Positions 30,335 through 41,700 of a stretch of DNA of 64,000 nucleotides are shown piece after piece. Both the position numbers and the translations under genes were made by a program. The number at the start of each line of letters is the position of its first letter. The first letter of the stretch is position 1. Source of the DNA: Hyalangium minutum (lineage in GTDB: Bacteria > Myxococcota > Myxococcia > Myxococcales > Myxococcaceae); the NCBI RefSeq assembly GCF_000737315.1, contig NZ_JMCB01000032.1, forward strand, positions 1-64,000, read 5' to 3'. The notes below the pieces were generated by a model that saw only the letters and a list, made by a program, of their open reading frames with translations, was not told the origin of the DNA and ran no database searches.

Positions 30335-33300
30335 ATGTCGAAGAAGCGCGTTCACGAAATCGCAAAAGAGCTCAAGGGCCACGGCATTGAGCTCGACAAC
30401 AAAGAGGTCGTTACCGAGCTGGCGGCGCTCGGCTACGACGTCAAGAGCCACTCGTCTTCGCTTGATGACGATCAGGCCAATGCTGCGGTCCAGAAGATCC
30501 TGGAGAAGCGCAAGCCGAAGCAGGCCGCGCCGCCGGTGACGGCCAAGGGCTTCGTGGTGCGCCGCAAGGTGGGCGTGCCCTCGGGCGTGTCCTCCGACGG
30601 CCAGGAAGGCCAGCAGGCCCACGAGGCCCCCGCTGCGCCTCACGTGCCCGAGGCGGCTCCTACCGCCGAGGCTCCTCGTGCAGCCGCTCAGCCGGAGGAG
30701 ACTTCGGTCGAGGCGCCCAAGGCACCGGCTCAGCCCGAGCCTGGCGCTGCTGCTGCCGAGGCGCCCAGGGCACCGGCTCAGCCCGAGCCTGGCGCTGCTG
30801 CTGCCGAGGCGCCCAGAGCACCGGCTCAGCCCGAGCCTGGCGCTGCTGCTGCCGCCACCGAGGCGCCCAGAGCACCGGCTCAGCCCGAGCCTGCCGCCGC
30901 TGCCGCCACCGAGGCGCCCCGTGCGGCCCAGCCCACTCCCGCCGCCGAGGCCCCCAAGGCTCCCGCTCAGCCCGAGCCGCCGGCCGCCCCTCAGGCCGCC
31001 CAGACTCCCGCGGCCCCGCCGCAGCGCTTCCCCACGCAGGAGAGGTCCCCTTTGCCCTCCACTCCGCCGCGCAATCCGGTGCCGCCGCAGATCCGGACGC
31101 AGGCCACTGTTATCTCCCGTCCGCCTCCGGGTGGACAGGGTGGCCGTCCGGGTGGACAGGGTGGCCGTCCCGGTGGCCAGGGTGGCTACAGCGGCCGTCC
31201 GGGTGGTCCCGGCGGCCAAGGTGGTCGTCCCGGTGGACAGGGTGGCTACAGCGGCCGTCCGGGGGGTCCCGGCGGCCACGGTGGCCGTCCGGGGGGGCCA
31301 GGCCAGGGACCGGTGCGTCCCACCACGCCCACTGGCGGGGGGCCCACGGCAGGGGCTCAGGCCTCGGCTCAGCCGGGTCAGAACGTGACCATGGTCGGTG
31401 GCGTGCCTCACGCCTCGACGCCTCAGGAGCAGCGGCAGCTGCGTCCCACGGCCACACAGGCCGTCGTCATCTCGCGCCCGCTCATCCAGGTCCGCCGCGT
31501 CACGCCGACCGCCGGCCAGCAGAAGCAGTACCCGATGGCGCCGGGCAAGAAGGCCATCGGCGAGGTGCGTGAGTTCAAGGTCGTCCCGGATCACGCGGGC
31601 CGTGGCCGCGAGCTCGTCGACGTCTCCAAGAACAAGGACAAGGCGCCGCGCAAGAGGGGCGGGCCCAACGACACCTCCGTCTCCAAGCAGGAGCTGTCGG
31701 ACCTCGTCTGGGGCCGCGTCAACATCCCCATCCGTGGCAAGAAGAAGAAGCCCACGAAGAAGGGCGCCAAGACGCAGATCACCCAGATGGCCGAGGAGAA
31801 GAAGGTCATCAAGCTCCAGGAGGGCATCAGCGTGTCCGACCTGGGCCAGCGCATGGGTATCCGCACCGCGGAGCTCATCAAGAAGCTGATGGCCGCGGGG
31901 AAGATGGCCACCGCCAACCAGATGATCGACGCCGACACGGCGGAGCTCATCGCCACCGACTACGGCTGGAAGGTGGACCGGGTCGGCTTCGAGGTGGAGG
32001 ACTACCTGCCCGAGACTGTGGCCAAGCCCGAGGACGAGCGCACCCGTCCGCCGGTGGTCACCGTCATGGGCCACGTCGACCACGGTAAGACGAGCCTGCT
32101 GGACGCCATCCGCGCCGCCAACGTGGCCTCGGGTGAGGCCGGCGGCATCACGCAGCACATCGGCGCGTACAGCGTCACCACGGCGCGCGGGGACATCACG
32201 TTCCTCGACACGCCGGGCCACGAGGCCTTCACGTCCATGCGCGCCCGTGGCGCCAACGTGACGGACGTGGTCATCCTGGTGGTGGCTGCCGACGACGGCG
32301 TGATGCCTCAGACGATCGAGGCCATCAAGCACGCCAAGGCCGCCGAGGTGCCCATCGTCGTTGCCATCAACAAGATGGACGTGCCGGGCGCCAACCCGGA
32401 CCGCGTGAAGAAGGACCTCGCCAACCACGAGCTGGTGCCCGAGGAGTGGGGCGGCGACACCATCATGGTGCCCGTCTCCGCCAAGCAGAAGATGGGCCTG
32501 GACCTCCTCCTGGAGAACGTCGTCCTCCAGGCCGAGGTGCTCGAGCTGACGTCCAACCCGGCCCGTCCGGCCGTGGGTGCCATCATCGAGGCCAAGCTGG
32601 ATCGCGGCCGTGGCCCCGTGGCCACCGTGCTGGTGCAGGAGGGCACGCTGCGGCTGGGCGATGCCATCGTCACTGGCACCCACTACGGCCGCGTGCGCGC
32701 CATGAATAACAGCCGTGGCGAGCAGGTGAAGGAAGTGCTCCCCGGCTACTGCGCCGAGGTGATTGGCCTGTCCGGCGTGCCCACCGCGGGTGACACCATC
32801 AACGTGGTGGCGGACGAGAAGTCGGCCAAGCAGATCGCCGAGCACCGCGCCATGAAGGAGCGTGCGATCGATCTGGCCAAGGTCAGCCGCGAGACGCTGG
32901 AGCAGCTGTTCGCCAAGACGAAGGCGGGCGGCGGTCCCAAGGAACTGCGCGTCGTCATCAAGGCGGACGTGCAGGGCTCGGCCGAGGCCGTCAAGCAGGC
33001 CGTCACCAAGCTGACCGGTCCCAAGGTCCGCGTGGAGATTATCGACACGGGCGTGGGCGCCATCACCGAGTCGGACGTGATGCGCGCGGCCGCCTCCAAG
33101 GGGCTCGTGGTGGGCTTCAACGTGAAGCCGGAGTCTGGCGCGGAGTCCGCGGCCAAGGCTCAGGAAGTCACGCTGCAGTCCTACAGCATCATCTACGAGC
33201 TCATCGACGGCATCCGCACGGAGATGGAGAACCTGCTGGAGCCCATCCGCACCGAGCGCAAGCTGGGCCGTGCGGAGGTCCGCAACACCTTCAACGTGCC

Positions 33301-33553
33301 GAAGCTGGGCACCATCGCCGGTGCGGCGGTGCTGGACGGTGTCATCAAGCGTGGCTCGTTCGTGCGCCTCATGCGCGAGAACAAGCAGCTCTTCGCCGGC
33401 AAGATGGCGTCGCTCCGCCGCTTCAAGGACGACGTCAAGGAAGTGGCTCAGGGCTTCGAGTGCGGTATCGGCATCGAGAACTACAACGACCTCAAGCCCG
33501 GCGACATCATCGAGGCTTACGAGATCGAGGAGACTCGCCAGAGCCTGACGTAA
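30335..33553 (+). CDS. infB: Translation initiation factor IF-2
   Basis: [55 protein letters not shown]. Start at ATG 30335. Confidence 0.98.
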   Translation: MSKKRVHEIAKELKGHGIELDNKEVVTELAALGYDVKSHSSSLDDDQANAAVQKILEKRKPKQAAPPVTAKGFVVRRKVGVPSGVSSDGQEGQQAHEAPAAPHVPEAAPTAEAPRAAAQPEETSVEAPKAPAQPEPGAAAAEAPRAPAQPEPGAAAAEAPRAPAQPEPGAAAAATEAPRAPAQPEPAAAAATEAPRAAQPTPAAEAPKAPAQPEPPAAPQAAQTPAAPPQRFPTQERSPLPSTPPRNPVPPQIRTQATVISRPPPGGQGGRPGGQGGRPGGQGGYSGRPGGPGGQGGRPGGQGGYSGRPGGPGGHGGRPGGPGQGPVRPTTPTGGGPTAGAQASAQPGQNVTMVGGVPHASTPQEQRQLRPTATQAVVISRPLIQVRRVTPTAGQQKQYPMAPGKKAIGEVREFKVVPDHAGRGRELVDVSKNKDKAPRKRGGPNDTSVSKQELSDLVWGRVNIPIRGKKKKPTKKGAKTQITQMAEEKKVIKLQEGISVSDLGQRMGIRTAELIKKLMAAGKMATANQMIDADTAELIATDYGWKVDRVGFEVEDYLPETVAKPEDERTRPPVVTVMGHVDHGKTSLLDAIRAANVASGEAGGITQHIGAYSVTTARGDITFLDTPGHEAFTSMRARGANVTDVVILVVAADDGVMPQTIEAIKHAKAAEVPIVVAINKMDVPGANPDRVKKDLANHELVPEEWGGDTIMVPVSAKQKMGLDLLLENVVLQAEVLELTSNPARPAVGAIIEAKLDRGRGPVATVLVQEGTLRLGDAIVTGTHYGRVRAMNNSRGEQVKEVLPGYCAEVIGLSGVPTAGDTINVVADEKSAKQIAEHRAMKERAIDLAKVSRETLEQLFAKTKAGGGPKELRVVIKADVQGSAEAVKQAVTKLTGPKVRVEIIDTGVGAITESDVMRAAASKGLVVGFNVKPESGAESAAKAQEVTLQSYSIIYELIDGIRTEMENLLEPIRTERKLGRAEVRNTFNVPKLGTIAGAAVLDGVIKRGSFVRLMRENKQLFAGKMASLRRFKDDVKEVAQGFECGIGIENYNDLKPGDIIEAYEIEETRQSLT
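30710..31300 (+). repeat. Coding tandem repeats in the IF2 N-terminus: 48-54 bp [16 protein letters not shown] units, then GGRPGGQ units
   Basis: Units start at 30710, 30758, 30806, 30860 and 30911; GGRPGG repeats span about 31130-31300. Confidence 0.85.
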
Positions 33554-33632
33554 GCCCCTGGTCGCCTTCGGAGCTGTTCACCGTTGGCCCCGGCGGCCGG
33601 CCCATGCGCCGCCGCCGGGCAGGGAGTTTCCT

Positions 33633-34205
33633 ATGTTCGTCTGTGTCGCCCGCCTCACCCTGCAGATTCCCGACAGCGGCTCGCTGAAGGCCAAGCGACA
33701 GGTCCTTCGCCGGGTAACAGAGCGGGTGAAGGCTCGCTTCAATGTCGCGGTCGCCGAGATCGAAGATCAGGATCTCTGGCAGAAGGCCTCCATCGGCCTG
33801 GCCGTCGTGGGGAACGATCGCCGCCACGTGGATGAGCAGATGGAGAAGATCATCCACTTCGTGGAGGAGATGTACATCGCTCCCCTGATGAACCGGGAGA
33901 AGGAGATCCTGGCCTTCGGAGACAAGCTGTTCAGCCACGAGGTGGCTCCCGCGTCCCCCAAGGGTGGCAACGAGGAGACGGAAGCCGAGCCCGAGGGCTT
34001 GAGCCCCGACGAGCTGATTGCCAGCTTGAACCGCGGGGATCGGTCCATGGCCGAGGCCGAGGGCATGGCGGATTGGGAGCGCCGGCACGAGAGCCGGGAG
34101 AGCGTGGGCAAGCCCGCGCCCGCAGGTGGGGGCGCTTTGACTTTGGATGAAGCCCGGGCACGCGCTCGCAGCCTGCGCAACCCCCGGGATTGGGAGAAGA
34201 AATGA
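33633..34205 (+). CDS. DUF503 (YlxP-like) protein with acidic C-terminal extension
   Basis: [39 protein letters not shown]; located between infB and rbfA; ATGA overlap with rbfA. Confidence 0.88.
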   Translation: MFVCVARLTLQIPDSGSLKAKRQVLRRVTERVKARFNVAVAEIEDQDLWQKASIGLAVVGNDRRHVDEQMEKIIHFVEEMYIAPLMNREKEILAFGDKLFSHEVAPASPKGGNEETEAEPEGLSPDELIASLNRGDRSMAEAEGMADWERRHESRESVGKPAPAGGGALTLDEARARARSLRNPRDWEKK

Positions 34206-34561
34206 CGACGCATTCGCGACCGGAGCGCGTGGGCCAGGAGATTCAGGCCGCCATCGGCCAGATCCTCGCTCGAGGCGAGCTGAGGGATCCGCGCATCGGT
34301 TTCATCACCATTACCGGCGTGAAGGTGTCGCCGGATCTGCGCGTGGCCCGCGTTTTCTATTCGATGATTGGCACTGAGAAGGAGCGCGAGGAGACGCAGA
34401 AGGGGCTGGACGCCGCCAAGGGCTACGTGCGCCGCGAGGTAACGTCCGCCGTCAACCTGCGCGTCTCCCCGGAGATCTTCTTCAGCTTCGATGAGTCCGT
34501 GGGGGAGGGCGACAAGATCGACCGGCTCCTGCGCGAGGTTCGCGAGAAGGAAGGCTGGTAG
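34202..34561 (+). CDS. rbfA: Ribosome-binding factor A
   Basis: [47 protein letters not shown]. Confidence 0.96.
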   Translation: MTTHSRPERVGQEIQAAIGQILARGELRDPRIGFITITGVKVSPDLRVARVFYSMIGTEKEREETQKGLDAAKGYVRREVTSAVNLRVSPEIFFSFDESVGEGDKIDRLLREVREKEGW

Positions 34562-34600
34562 CCGCCCCTCGCGGCCTTCATGAGGTAAGGTAAGGCGGTC

Positions 34601-35470
34601 ATGGACGGCGTCCTGGTCATCGACAAGCCCTCGGGGCCTACTTCTTTTGATGTGGTGCGGCAGGTGCGCGCGCTGCTCAAGGTGAAGAAGGCCGGGCACA
34701 CTGGCACCCTTGACCCGATGGCAACGGGAGTGCTGCCCATTTGCTTGGGCGAGGCCACCAAGGTCGCCGGCTTCATCACCGAGGGCGACAAGGCCTACGA
34801 GGCCACCGTCCACCTGGGCGTGGAGACGGACACCCAGGATGCCCAGGGCAAGGTGACGGCCGAGGCCCCGGTGCCTCCGCTGACAGTCCAACTCCTGGAG
34901 ACGGCGCTCGCGCCTTTTCGGGGCACCTTCGAGCAGGTGCCGCCCATGTACTCGGCGGTGAAGGTGGCCGGGAAGCGCCTCTACGAGCTGGCCCGCGCCG
35001 GCGAGGAAGTCGAACGCGCCAGCCGCCAGGTCACTGTCTACGAGCTCACGCTGCGGGACTTCTCCTCCAACCGGCTGCGGCTCTCCGTGCGCTGCTCCAA
35101 GGGCTTCTTCGTCCGCACGCTGGCCTATGACATCGGCCGTGCGTTGGGCTGTGGCGCCCACCTGGAGGCCCTGCGCCGCACCATGAGCGGACCCTTCGTT
35201 CTGGCTCAGGCGCTGCCGCTGGCCGAACTGCCCGCCATGGCGCAGGACCGGGCCGCAGTGGCGCGCAAGCTGCTGCCCCTCTCTGACGCGCTGAGCCATC
35301 TCCCCTCTCTGCGGGTGAGCGCAGCGGACGCAGCCCGCGTCACCCACGGTGTGCCGCTGGAGGCCCCTCCGATGCCGGGCCGCATCCGCGTCCTCGGACC
35401 GGAGGGAGCGCTGCTGGCCGTGGCCGAAGTGGTGAAGGGACGGCTGAGCTACCTGCGCGTGCTCGCCTGA
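34601..35470 (+). CDS. truB: tRNA pseudouridine(55) synthase
   Basis: [58 protein letters not shown]. Confidence 0.97.
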   Translation: MDGVLVIDKPSGPTSFDVVRQVRALLKVKKAGHTGTLDPMATGVLPICLGEATKVAGFITEGDKAYEATVHLGVETDTQDAQGKVTAEAPVPPLTVQLLETALAPFRGTFEQVPPMYSAVKVAGKRLYELARAGEEVERASRQVTVYELTLRDFSSNRLRLSVRCSKGFFVRTLAYDIGRALGCGAHLEALRRTMSGPFVLAQALPLAELPAMAQDRAAVARKLLPLSDALSHLPSLRVSAADAARVTHGVPLEAPPMPGRIRVLGPEGALLAVAEVVKGRLSYLRVLA

Positions 35471-35482
35471 ACCGGAAAGCCC

Positions 35483-35809
35483 TTGGCCCAAGCCCTCGAT
35501 ATCACCGTGGTGGTGGCGCCGCCTCTCCAGGGCGCCTTTGATGGGCGCTCCCTGGTCACTCTGGGCCTGCCCTCCACCGCCGACGTGGGCGAGCTGATGG
35601 AGACCTTGTTCCGGCTCTATCCCCGTACCCGCAGCCTGCTGGCCGGGGACCGGGGAACTCCTGGGGGCAAGTACATGCAGCTGGTGCTGGATGCTCCCTC
35701 GCTCCACGTGCCGGTCCAGGGCCGCGCAGGGCTCGCTGCTGGACACAAGGTCTTCCTGTTCGCCCTGTCCCGTCCTCCAGCGAGCAACCGGGCAGGCCAG
35801 GAAGGTTGA
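35483..35809 (+). CDS. Small hypothetical protein, possible beta-grasp (MoaD/ThiS-like) fold without C-terminal GG
   Basis: TTG start; pattern ITVVV.PPL...TLGLP..ADVGELMETL..LYP...L.AGHKVFLF; ends QEG. Confidence 0.55.
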   Translation: MAQALDITVVVAPPLQGAFDGRSLVTLGLPSTADVGELMETLFRLYPRTRSLLAGDRGTPGGKYMQLVLDAPSLHVPVQGRAGLAAGHKVFLFALSRPPASNRAGQEG

Positions 35810-35835
35810 CCGCATATGTAGGCGAAGCTTATAAG
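35806..35835 (+). promoter_or_regulatory. Candidate sigma70 promoter for rpsO
   Basis: TTGACC (35806-35811), 18-bp spacer, TATAAG (35830-35835). Confidence 0.6.
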
Positions 35836-35934
35836 CCCCCGGCCCGTTAGTAGGGAAAGGCCCAGTCTGTACCCCTCCGCGGACCGCGGCCTGCAGGAAG
35901 TTCCACCGGAGTGGGATGTCGAAGAAAGAGAACC

Positions 35935-36204
35935 ATGTCGCTTCATCAGGAACGCAAATCAGAGCTCGTGACGAAGTTCCGGACCCACGAGTCGGACACG
36001 GGGTCCCCCGAGGTGCAGGTGGCGCTGCTGTCTGAGCGCATCAACATGCTCACCGAGCACTTCAAGACCCACAAGAAGGACCACCACTCGCGGCGGGGCC
36101 TCCTGAAGCTGGTCGGTCAGCGCCGCCGTCTCCTGGACTACCTCAAGTCCAAGGACACGGCCCGCTACCGCAAGCTCATCGAGGGCCTCGGCATCCGCAA
36201 GTAG
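35935..36204 (+). CDS. rpsO: 30S ribosomal protein S15
   Basis: [40 protein letters not shown]; 89 aa. Confidence 0.98.
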   Translation: MSLHQERKSELVTKFRTHESDTGSPEVQVALLSERINMLTEHFKTHKKDHHSRRGLLKLVGQRRRLLDYLKSKDTARYRKLIEGLGIRK

Positions 36205-36218
36205 GCTCGGCCGTTCCC

Positions 36219-36254
36219 GGGGCGCTGGTAACACCAGCGCCCCTGTTGTTTGTT
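36219..36254 (+). terminator. Intrinsic terminator after rpsO
   Basis: GGGGCGCTGGT-AAC-ACCAGCGCCCC (11-bp stem) followed by TGTTGTTTGTT. Confidence 0.8.
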
Positions 36255-36567
36255 GGTTCAGTTGTCGAAAGAGGAGGGGCGAGGAAAGAGCAAAGGCGAG
36301 GTACTGGCGGAAGTTTTGGTTTCCGTTCCCAGGGGCCGACAGCGGTCGGCCCCCGAGATCAGGGATCAAAATTCCGCGGATCCCTCTCCGGCGCTCCCAG
36401 GCGCCCCGTTGTGAAGTCCAACGAGCAGTCAGACCGCGGTTGCCCGATTCCGCCTGTCCCAGGCCCGGCGACCGCTCATCACCCGAGGCCCTCCGGGGCA
36501 CGAACCCAGTCTCAATGGCGAGGCGGGACGTGCACGGCGGAGATCTTCGGGAAGCAAAGGCAAGGAC

Positions 36568-38736
36568 ATGCTGAAGAAGAGCGTCAAGATTGGTGACAGT
36601 GAGCTGAGCATCGAGGTCGGCCGTATGGCCAAGCAGGCCGATGGCGCGGTGGTGGTGCGCTATGGCGACACGATGCTGCTCGTCACGGCCGTGAGCGCGC
36701 GAGAGAAGAAGGACGTCGACTTCCTCCCGCTGACGGTGGAGTACCAGGAGAAGCTGTACTCGGCGGGCCGCATCCCCGGCAGCTACTTCAAGCGCGAGGG
36801 CCGCCTCACCGAGAAGGAGACCCTGGCGAGCCGTCTGGTGGACCGCTCCTGCCGTCCGCTGTTCCCCGAGGGCTACGCGTACGAGACGCAGGTCATCGCG
36901 GGCGTCATCTCCGCGGACCCGGAGAACGAGGGCGACATCCACGGAATCACCGGCGCCTCCGCGGCGCTGTGGGTCTCGGACATCCCGTTCAACGGCCCCA
37001 TCGCGGGCATCCGCGTCGGCCGCGTGGATGGGAAGTTCGTGGCCAACCCCACGCACAAGCAGCGTGAGCAGAGCGACATCGACCTGGTCATGGCGGTGAG
37101 CCGCGAGGCCATCGTCATGGTGGAAGGTGGCGCGGAGGAGGTCAGCGAGGCGGACATGGTGGCCGCGCTCGAGTTCGGCAAGCAGGCCGTGCAGCCCGCG
37201 CTGGACATCCAGGACGAGCTGCGCCGCGAGCTGAACAAGCAGGTGCGCTCCTACGAGAAGGCTCCCACCGTGGACGAGGGCCTCAAGGCCAAGGTTCGCG
37301 AGCTGGCCTGGGACGGCATCGTCAAGGGCTACACCATCAAGGAGAAGGGCGCTCGCTACGAGACGCTCGGCAAGGCCAAGAAGGAGGCCATTGCCAAGCT
37401 CAAGGAGCAGCTGGGCGACGCCTACACCCCGCTGGTCGAGAAGCACGCCAAGGCGGTGGTGGAGGATCTGAAGTACGAGCACATGCGCCAGATCACCGTG
37501 GACGGCGGCCGTATCGGCAACCGTGGCCACGCCGAGGTCCGGGCCATCACCTGCGAGGTGGGCGTGCTCCCGCGCACCCACGGCAGCGCGCTCTTCACGC
37601 GCGGCGAGACGCAGGCGCTCGTGGTCACCACGCTGGGCACCAGCGAGGATGAGCAGCGGCTGGAGCTGCTCAGCGGCCAGGCCTTCAAGCGGTTCATGCT
37701 GCACTACAACTTCCCGCCGTTCAGCGTGAACGAGACCAAGCCCCTGCGCGGCCCCGGCCGCCGCGAGGTCGGTCACGGCGCTCTGGCCGAGCGTGCGCTG
37801 CGCAACATGGCGCCCAAGAGCGAGAGCTTCCCGTACACCGTCCGCGTGGTGTCGGACATCCTCGAGTCCAACGGCTCTTCGTCCATGGCCTCGGTGTGCG
37901 GTGGCACGCTGGCGCTGATGGACGCGGGCGTGCCCATCAAGGCGCCGGTGGCCGGCATCGCCATGGGCCTGGTGAAGGAGGGCGAGAAGGTCGCCATCCT
38001 CTCGGACATCCTCGGTGACGAGGACCACCTGGGCGACATGGACTTCAAGGTCTGTGGCACCAGCAAGGGCATCACGTCCATCCAGATGGACATCAAGATC
38101 ACCGGGCTGACCACGGAGATCATGAGCCGCGCGCTGGAGCAGGCGCGTCAGGGCCGCATCCACATCCTGGGCGAGATGCTCAAGGCCATGCCGGAGGCGC
38201 GCAAGGAGATCAGCCAGTACGCTCCTCGCATCACCACCATCCAGATCCGTCCCGAGTACATCAAGAACGTCATCGGGCCGGGCGGCAAGGTCATCAAGGA
38301 CATCATCGCGCGCACGGGCGCCTCGATTAACATCGAGGACTCGGGCCGGGTGGACATCGCCAGCGCCAACGGGGACTCGGTGAAGGCCGCCATCGCCATG
38401 ATTCAGGCGCTCACGCGCGAGGCGGAGATCGGGAAGATCTACACGGGCACCGTGCGGAAGATCGCCGAGTTCGGCGCCTTCGTGGAGCTGTTCCCGGGCA
38501 CCGACGGCCTCATCCACATCTCCGAGCTGTCCGACAAGCGCGTGAAGAGCGTGTCGGACGTGCTGAAGGAGGGCGATGAGGTGCTGGTGAAGGTCGTCAG
38601 CATCGACAAGACGGGCAAGATCCGCCTGTCTCGCAAGGAGGCCATGGCCGAGCGCGCCGCCGCTCAGCAGCAGGCCGCCACGCCTCCCGGCGACGCCGCC
38701 GCGCCCGCGCCCACGCAGCCGGACGCGAAGGCCTAA
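36568..38736 (+). CDS. pnp: Polyribonucleotide nucleotidyltransferase
   Basis: [60 protein letters not shown] and S1 domains. Confidence 0.98.
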   Translation: MLKKSVKIGDSELSIEVGRMAKQADGAVVVRYGDTMLLVTAVSAREKKDVDFLPLTVEYQEKLYSAGRIPGSYFKREGRLTEKETLASRLVDRSCRPLFPEGYAYETQVIAGVISADPENEGDIHGITGASAALWVSDIPFNGPIAGIRVGRVDGKFVANPTHKQREQSDIDLVMAVSREAIVMVEGGAEEVSEADMVAALEFGKQAVQPALDIQDELRRELNKQVRSYEKAPTVDEGLKAKVRELAWDGIVKGYTIKEKGARYETLGKAKKEAIAKLKEQLGDAYTPLVEKHAKAVVEDLKYEHMRQITVDGGRIGNRGHAEVRAITCEVGVLPRTHGSALFTRGETQALVVTTLGTSEDEQRLELLSGQAFKRFMLHYNFPPFSVNETKPLRGPGRREVGHGALAERALRNMAPKSESFPYTVRVVSDILESNGSSSMASVCGGTLALMDAGVPIKAPVAGIAMGLVKEGEKVAILSDILGDEDHLGDMDFKVCGTSKGITSIQMDIKITGLTTEIMSRALEQARQGRIHILGEMLKAMPEARKEISQYAPRITTIQIRPEYIKNVIGPGGKVIKDIIARTGASINIEDSGRVDIASANGDSVKAAIAMIQALTREAEIGKIYTGTVRKIAEFGAFVELFPGTDGLIHISELSDKRVKSVSDVLKEGDEVLVKVVSIDKTGKIRLSRKEAMAERAAAQQQAATPPGDAAAPAPTQPDAKA

Positions 38737-38745
38737 TCAGGCACC

Positions 38746-41700
38746 TCAGTGTGGGCCGGGGGGAGGCAGCTCCTCCCGGCTCTCGCGGGCCTCACTCCCG
38801 AGTGCCTGCTCCAAGCTGTGCCGCAGCCGTGAGCGCATGATGTTGGGCATTTGCTCCGCGCGGACCAGCGCCTCTTGCAGCAGCCGGATGGCCTCCTGGC
38901 GCTCGCCGCGCCGGAGCCGGGCCAGGGCCTGCACCTCCAGCACCTCCAGCGGCTCTTGCTCCACGGAGTACGCGTTCGAGCGCTCTTGGAGCTCACGCCA
39001 CTCTTCGGGGCTCGCAGGCCGGGCGCTGAGCTCCACCAACGAGAAGAGGACGGTCTCGGGAGGGCTGAACTTCTCCTCCTTGCGCTCCGCCATCACCTGG
39101 CGGATGGCGTCCAGCACCTGGCGCGCCTGCTCTTCCTTGCCTTCGTACGCCAGCACCCGCGCGTGCAGCAGCCGCCCCCAGGGCCTTGGCGCCACCTCGG
39201 GGTGCTTCTGCTCCAGCTCCACCGCCCGTGCCACGTGAGGCGCCGCCGCCTGCGTGTCTCCCGCCTGGAAGTACAGCTCTCCCAAGTTGATCTCCGCGAA
39301 GTACTCCCAGCCCGTCATCCCCAACTCGCGCCCCAACTGCTTGAACTGCTCCTGGTCCTCCACGGCTCGCCGCAGGTTGTTGCGCGCCACCCAGAGGTTG
39401 CGGCGGTTGTTGATGGCGCTGCCCAGGTGCAGCCGGTCCCCACGCGCGGCGGAGATGGTGATGCTCTCTTCCAGCACGCGCTCGGCCTCGTCGATGCGGC
39501 CCAGGTTGGGGAGGATGTGCCCCAGCAGGAGCAGGCAGACGACATGCGACTCGTAGCCCGCATCCCCCAGGTTTCGGGCCAGGGTCGCCGCCGACATCAG
39601 CACTTCCCGAGCCTTCTCCCACTGGCCACGGCGCAGTTGGCTCCGGCCCAGCCCCATCATCAGCCGCATCTGCAACAAGGGCGTGTCCAGCAGTGCGAAG
39701 GTGGCGACCTCCATGGCCTCGATGACGCGCTCCTCGGAGCGCGCGTAGTCGTTGCTCCAGTCGAGCGCCGTGGCCTCGTCCAGCAGCACCTCCACCTCCT
39801 CGGCCGCGTTGCCGAGCTGGTTCGCCATCCGCCGGGCGTGGGCCAGATCCTCCAGCGAGTCCTCATAGCGGCCCACCCGGTAGCGCATCAGCCCTCGGCC
39901 TCGGAGCGAGGTGAGGCAGCGCGGATCCTCGGTCTCTGGCAGAAGCTCCAGGATTCGGCTGTAGGTGGCCTCCGCCTCCAGGTAGGCATGGCGGTTGCGG
40001 GCCGCCTCGGCCAGATCAATGTAGAGGGCCGCGGCCTCCGAGAGCAGGCCCGCGGAGGCCGCGTGGAAGGCGAGCCGGGGCAGCAGCCGCTGCTCCACGG
40101 CACTGGCCTTCATATAGAAGAGGTGCGCGGCATGGTGGAGGCGCCAGCGCTGCTGCTCGGACAGTGAGCGCGCCACCTCCTGGCGGATGAGCTCGTTGCG
40201 GAAGCGCAGCCCCTCGTCAGGCTGCTCCACCAACAGCCCCAGTTCCACCAGGCGGCGGCTGGCATGGCGCGCATCCAGCGGGAAGTCAGCCGCTCCGTCC
40301 TCGCGCTCCAGGGCGCTCACCACGCCCTCCACCTCGTCGAGGGTGAAGTCTCCGCCGAGCAGTGCGCACAGGCGGGCGTGGGCAATCAACTCCGTGGGCA
40401 GAGCGCTGAGCTCGTGCTGAACGAGCCACTCGACCAGCCGGAGCTCCGGCATCCGCTCCAGCTCGTCCGTGGCCAGGAGCCAGCTCCCCCCGGGGCGCTG
40501 GCGCACCAGGCCTTGGCGCTTGAGGCCGCGCGCCAGCTCGACGATGAAGAGGGGGGTGCACTGGGCGCGCTCGGCCAGCTTCTCCAGGGCCTCGGAGGGG
40601 ACGTTCTGCGCGGGGAAGAGCCCGGTGCGGAACAGCTCCATTGCGTCCGGTAGAGGCAGCGGCCCGAGCTTCAAGATGAAGTGGCGCGCCGCGCGCGAGG
40701 CCCACTGGGGCCGGGTGCGCTCGAAGCCGGAGCGGGCCAGCACGCAGACCCAGAGGGCGCTCTTGGACTCGGCGCGCGTCGCGTACTCGAGCGCATCCAG
40801 GGCCACGTCTTCCGCGAAGTGGGCATCATCCAGCAGCAGCAGCAGGGGCCGGGTCCGGGCGGAGGCGGCCAGCAGCTCGCCCGTGGCGCGCACCGCCAGC
40901 GAGTGCAGTGCGCCTGGGGCGGCCGCCAGGCTTCGCAGCTCGGTGGAGGAGCCCCATCCCAGGTAGAAGGCCACCGCGGGCCATATCTCGTGGGCCAGGT
41001 TTTCCCCCAGTAACTCCACGCAGCGCGCGCGGCTCGTGGTCTCGCCTTCCTTCGATTGGGAGGACTCGCCCAGCGCCTCGCGGAGCAGCAGACGCAGGGG
41101 ACCTTCCTGGTCGCCATGGACGGGCTCCCGGGCGCGCAGCGAGACCACCCGGGCCTCGGGCAGTTGCTCCTTCAGGAGCTGGACCAGGGCAGTGGCGAGG
41201 TGGCTCTTGCCATGCCCCCGTTCTCCGAGCACCGAGGTGAGCGCGGGCGCCCGCTCCTCCACCGTCGCGCGAGCGCCGCGCACCAGCTCCGCTAGCTCCC
41301 CCTGCCGGCCCACCAGGACGCCATGGCCCAGGTGCACCACGCTGCTGTCTTCACGGGCCGCGGAGCGGATCTGCCGGAAGAGGCCCTGGCGCCCAGGGAC
41401 GGGCATGCAGGAGAGGTTAGGCAGCCCCTCCATCGCCGCGGTGGTCAGCAGCAGTGTGGGCGGGCCTTCCTCGGTGGGGTAGCGATCCGCCCGGGAGAGC
41501 AGCGGTGTCATGTAGCGCGGAGGGCCCTGGGGACGCCGCTGCACCCTCACCATGCCGACGTCCAGCAGGGCGGTGGCGGCCAGGCCCTCGGTGGAGAGGC
41601 GCTCGGCGCACAGGCGCGCGCGCTGGAGCGGGTTCGGCTCGGACTCCGGGTCGAACACGGCGGCGAAGCGCGTCCCCTCGCGGAACGCGAGCTGCCCACC

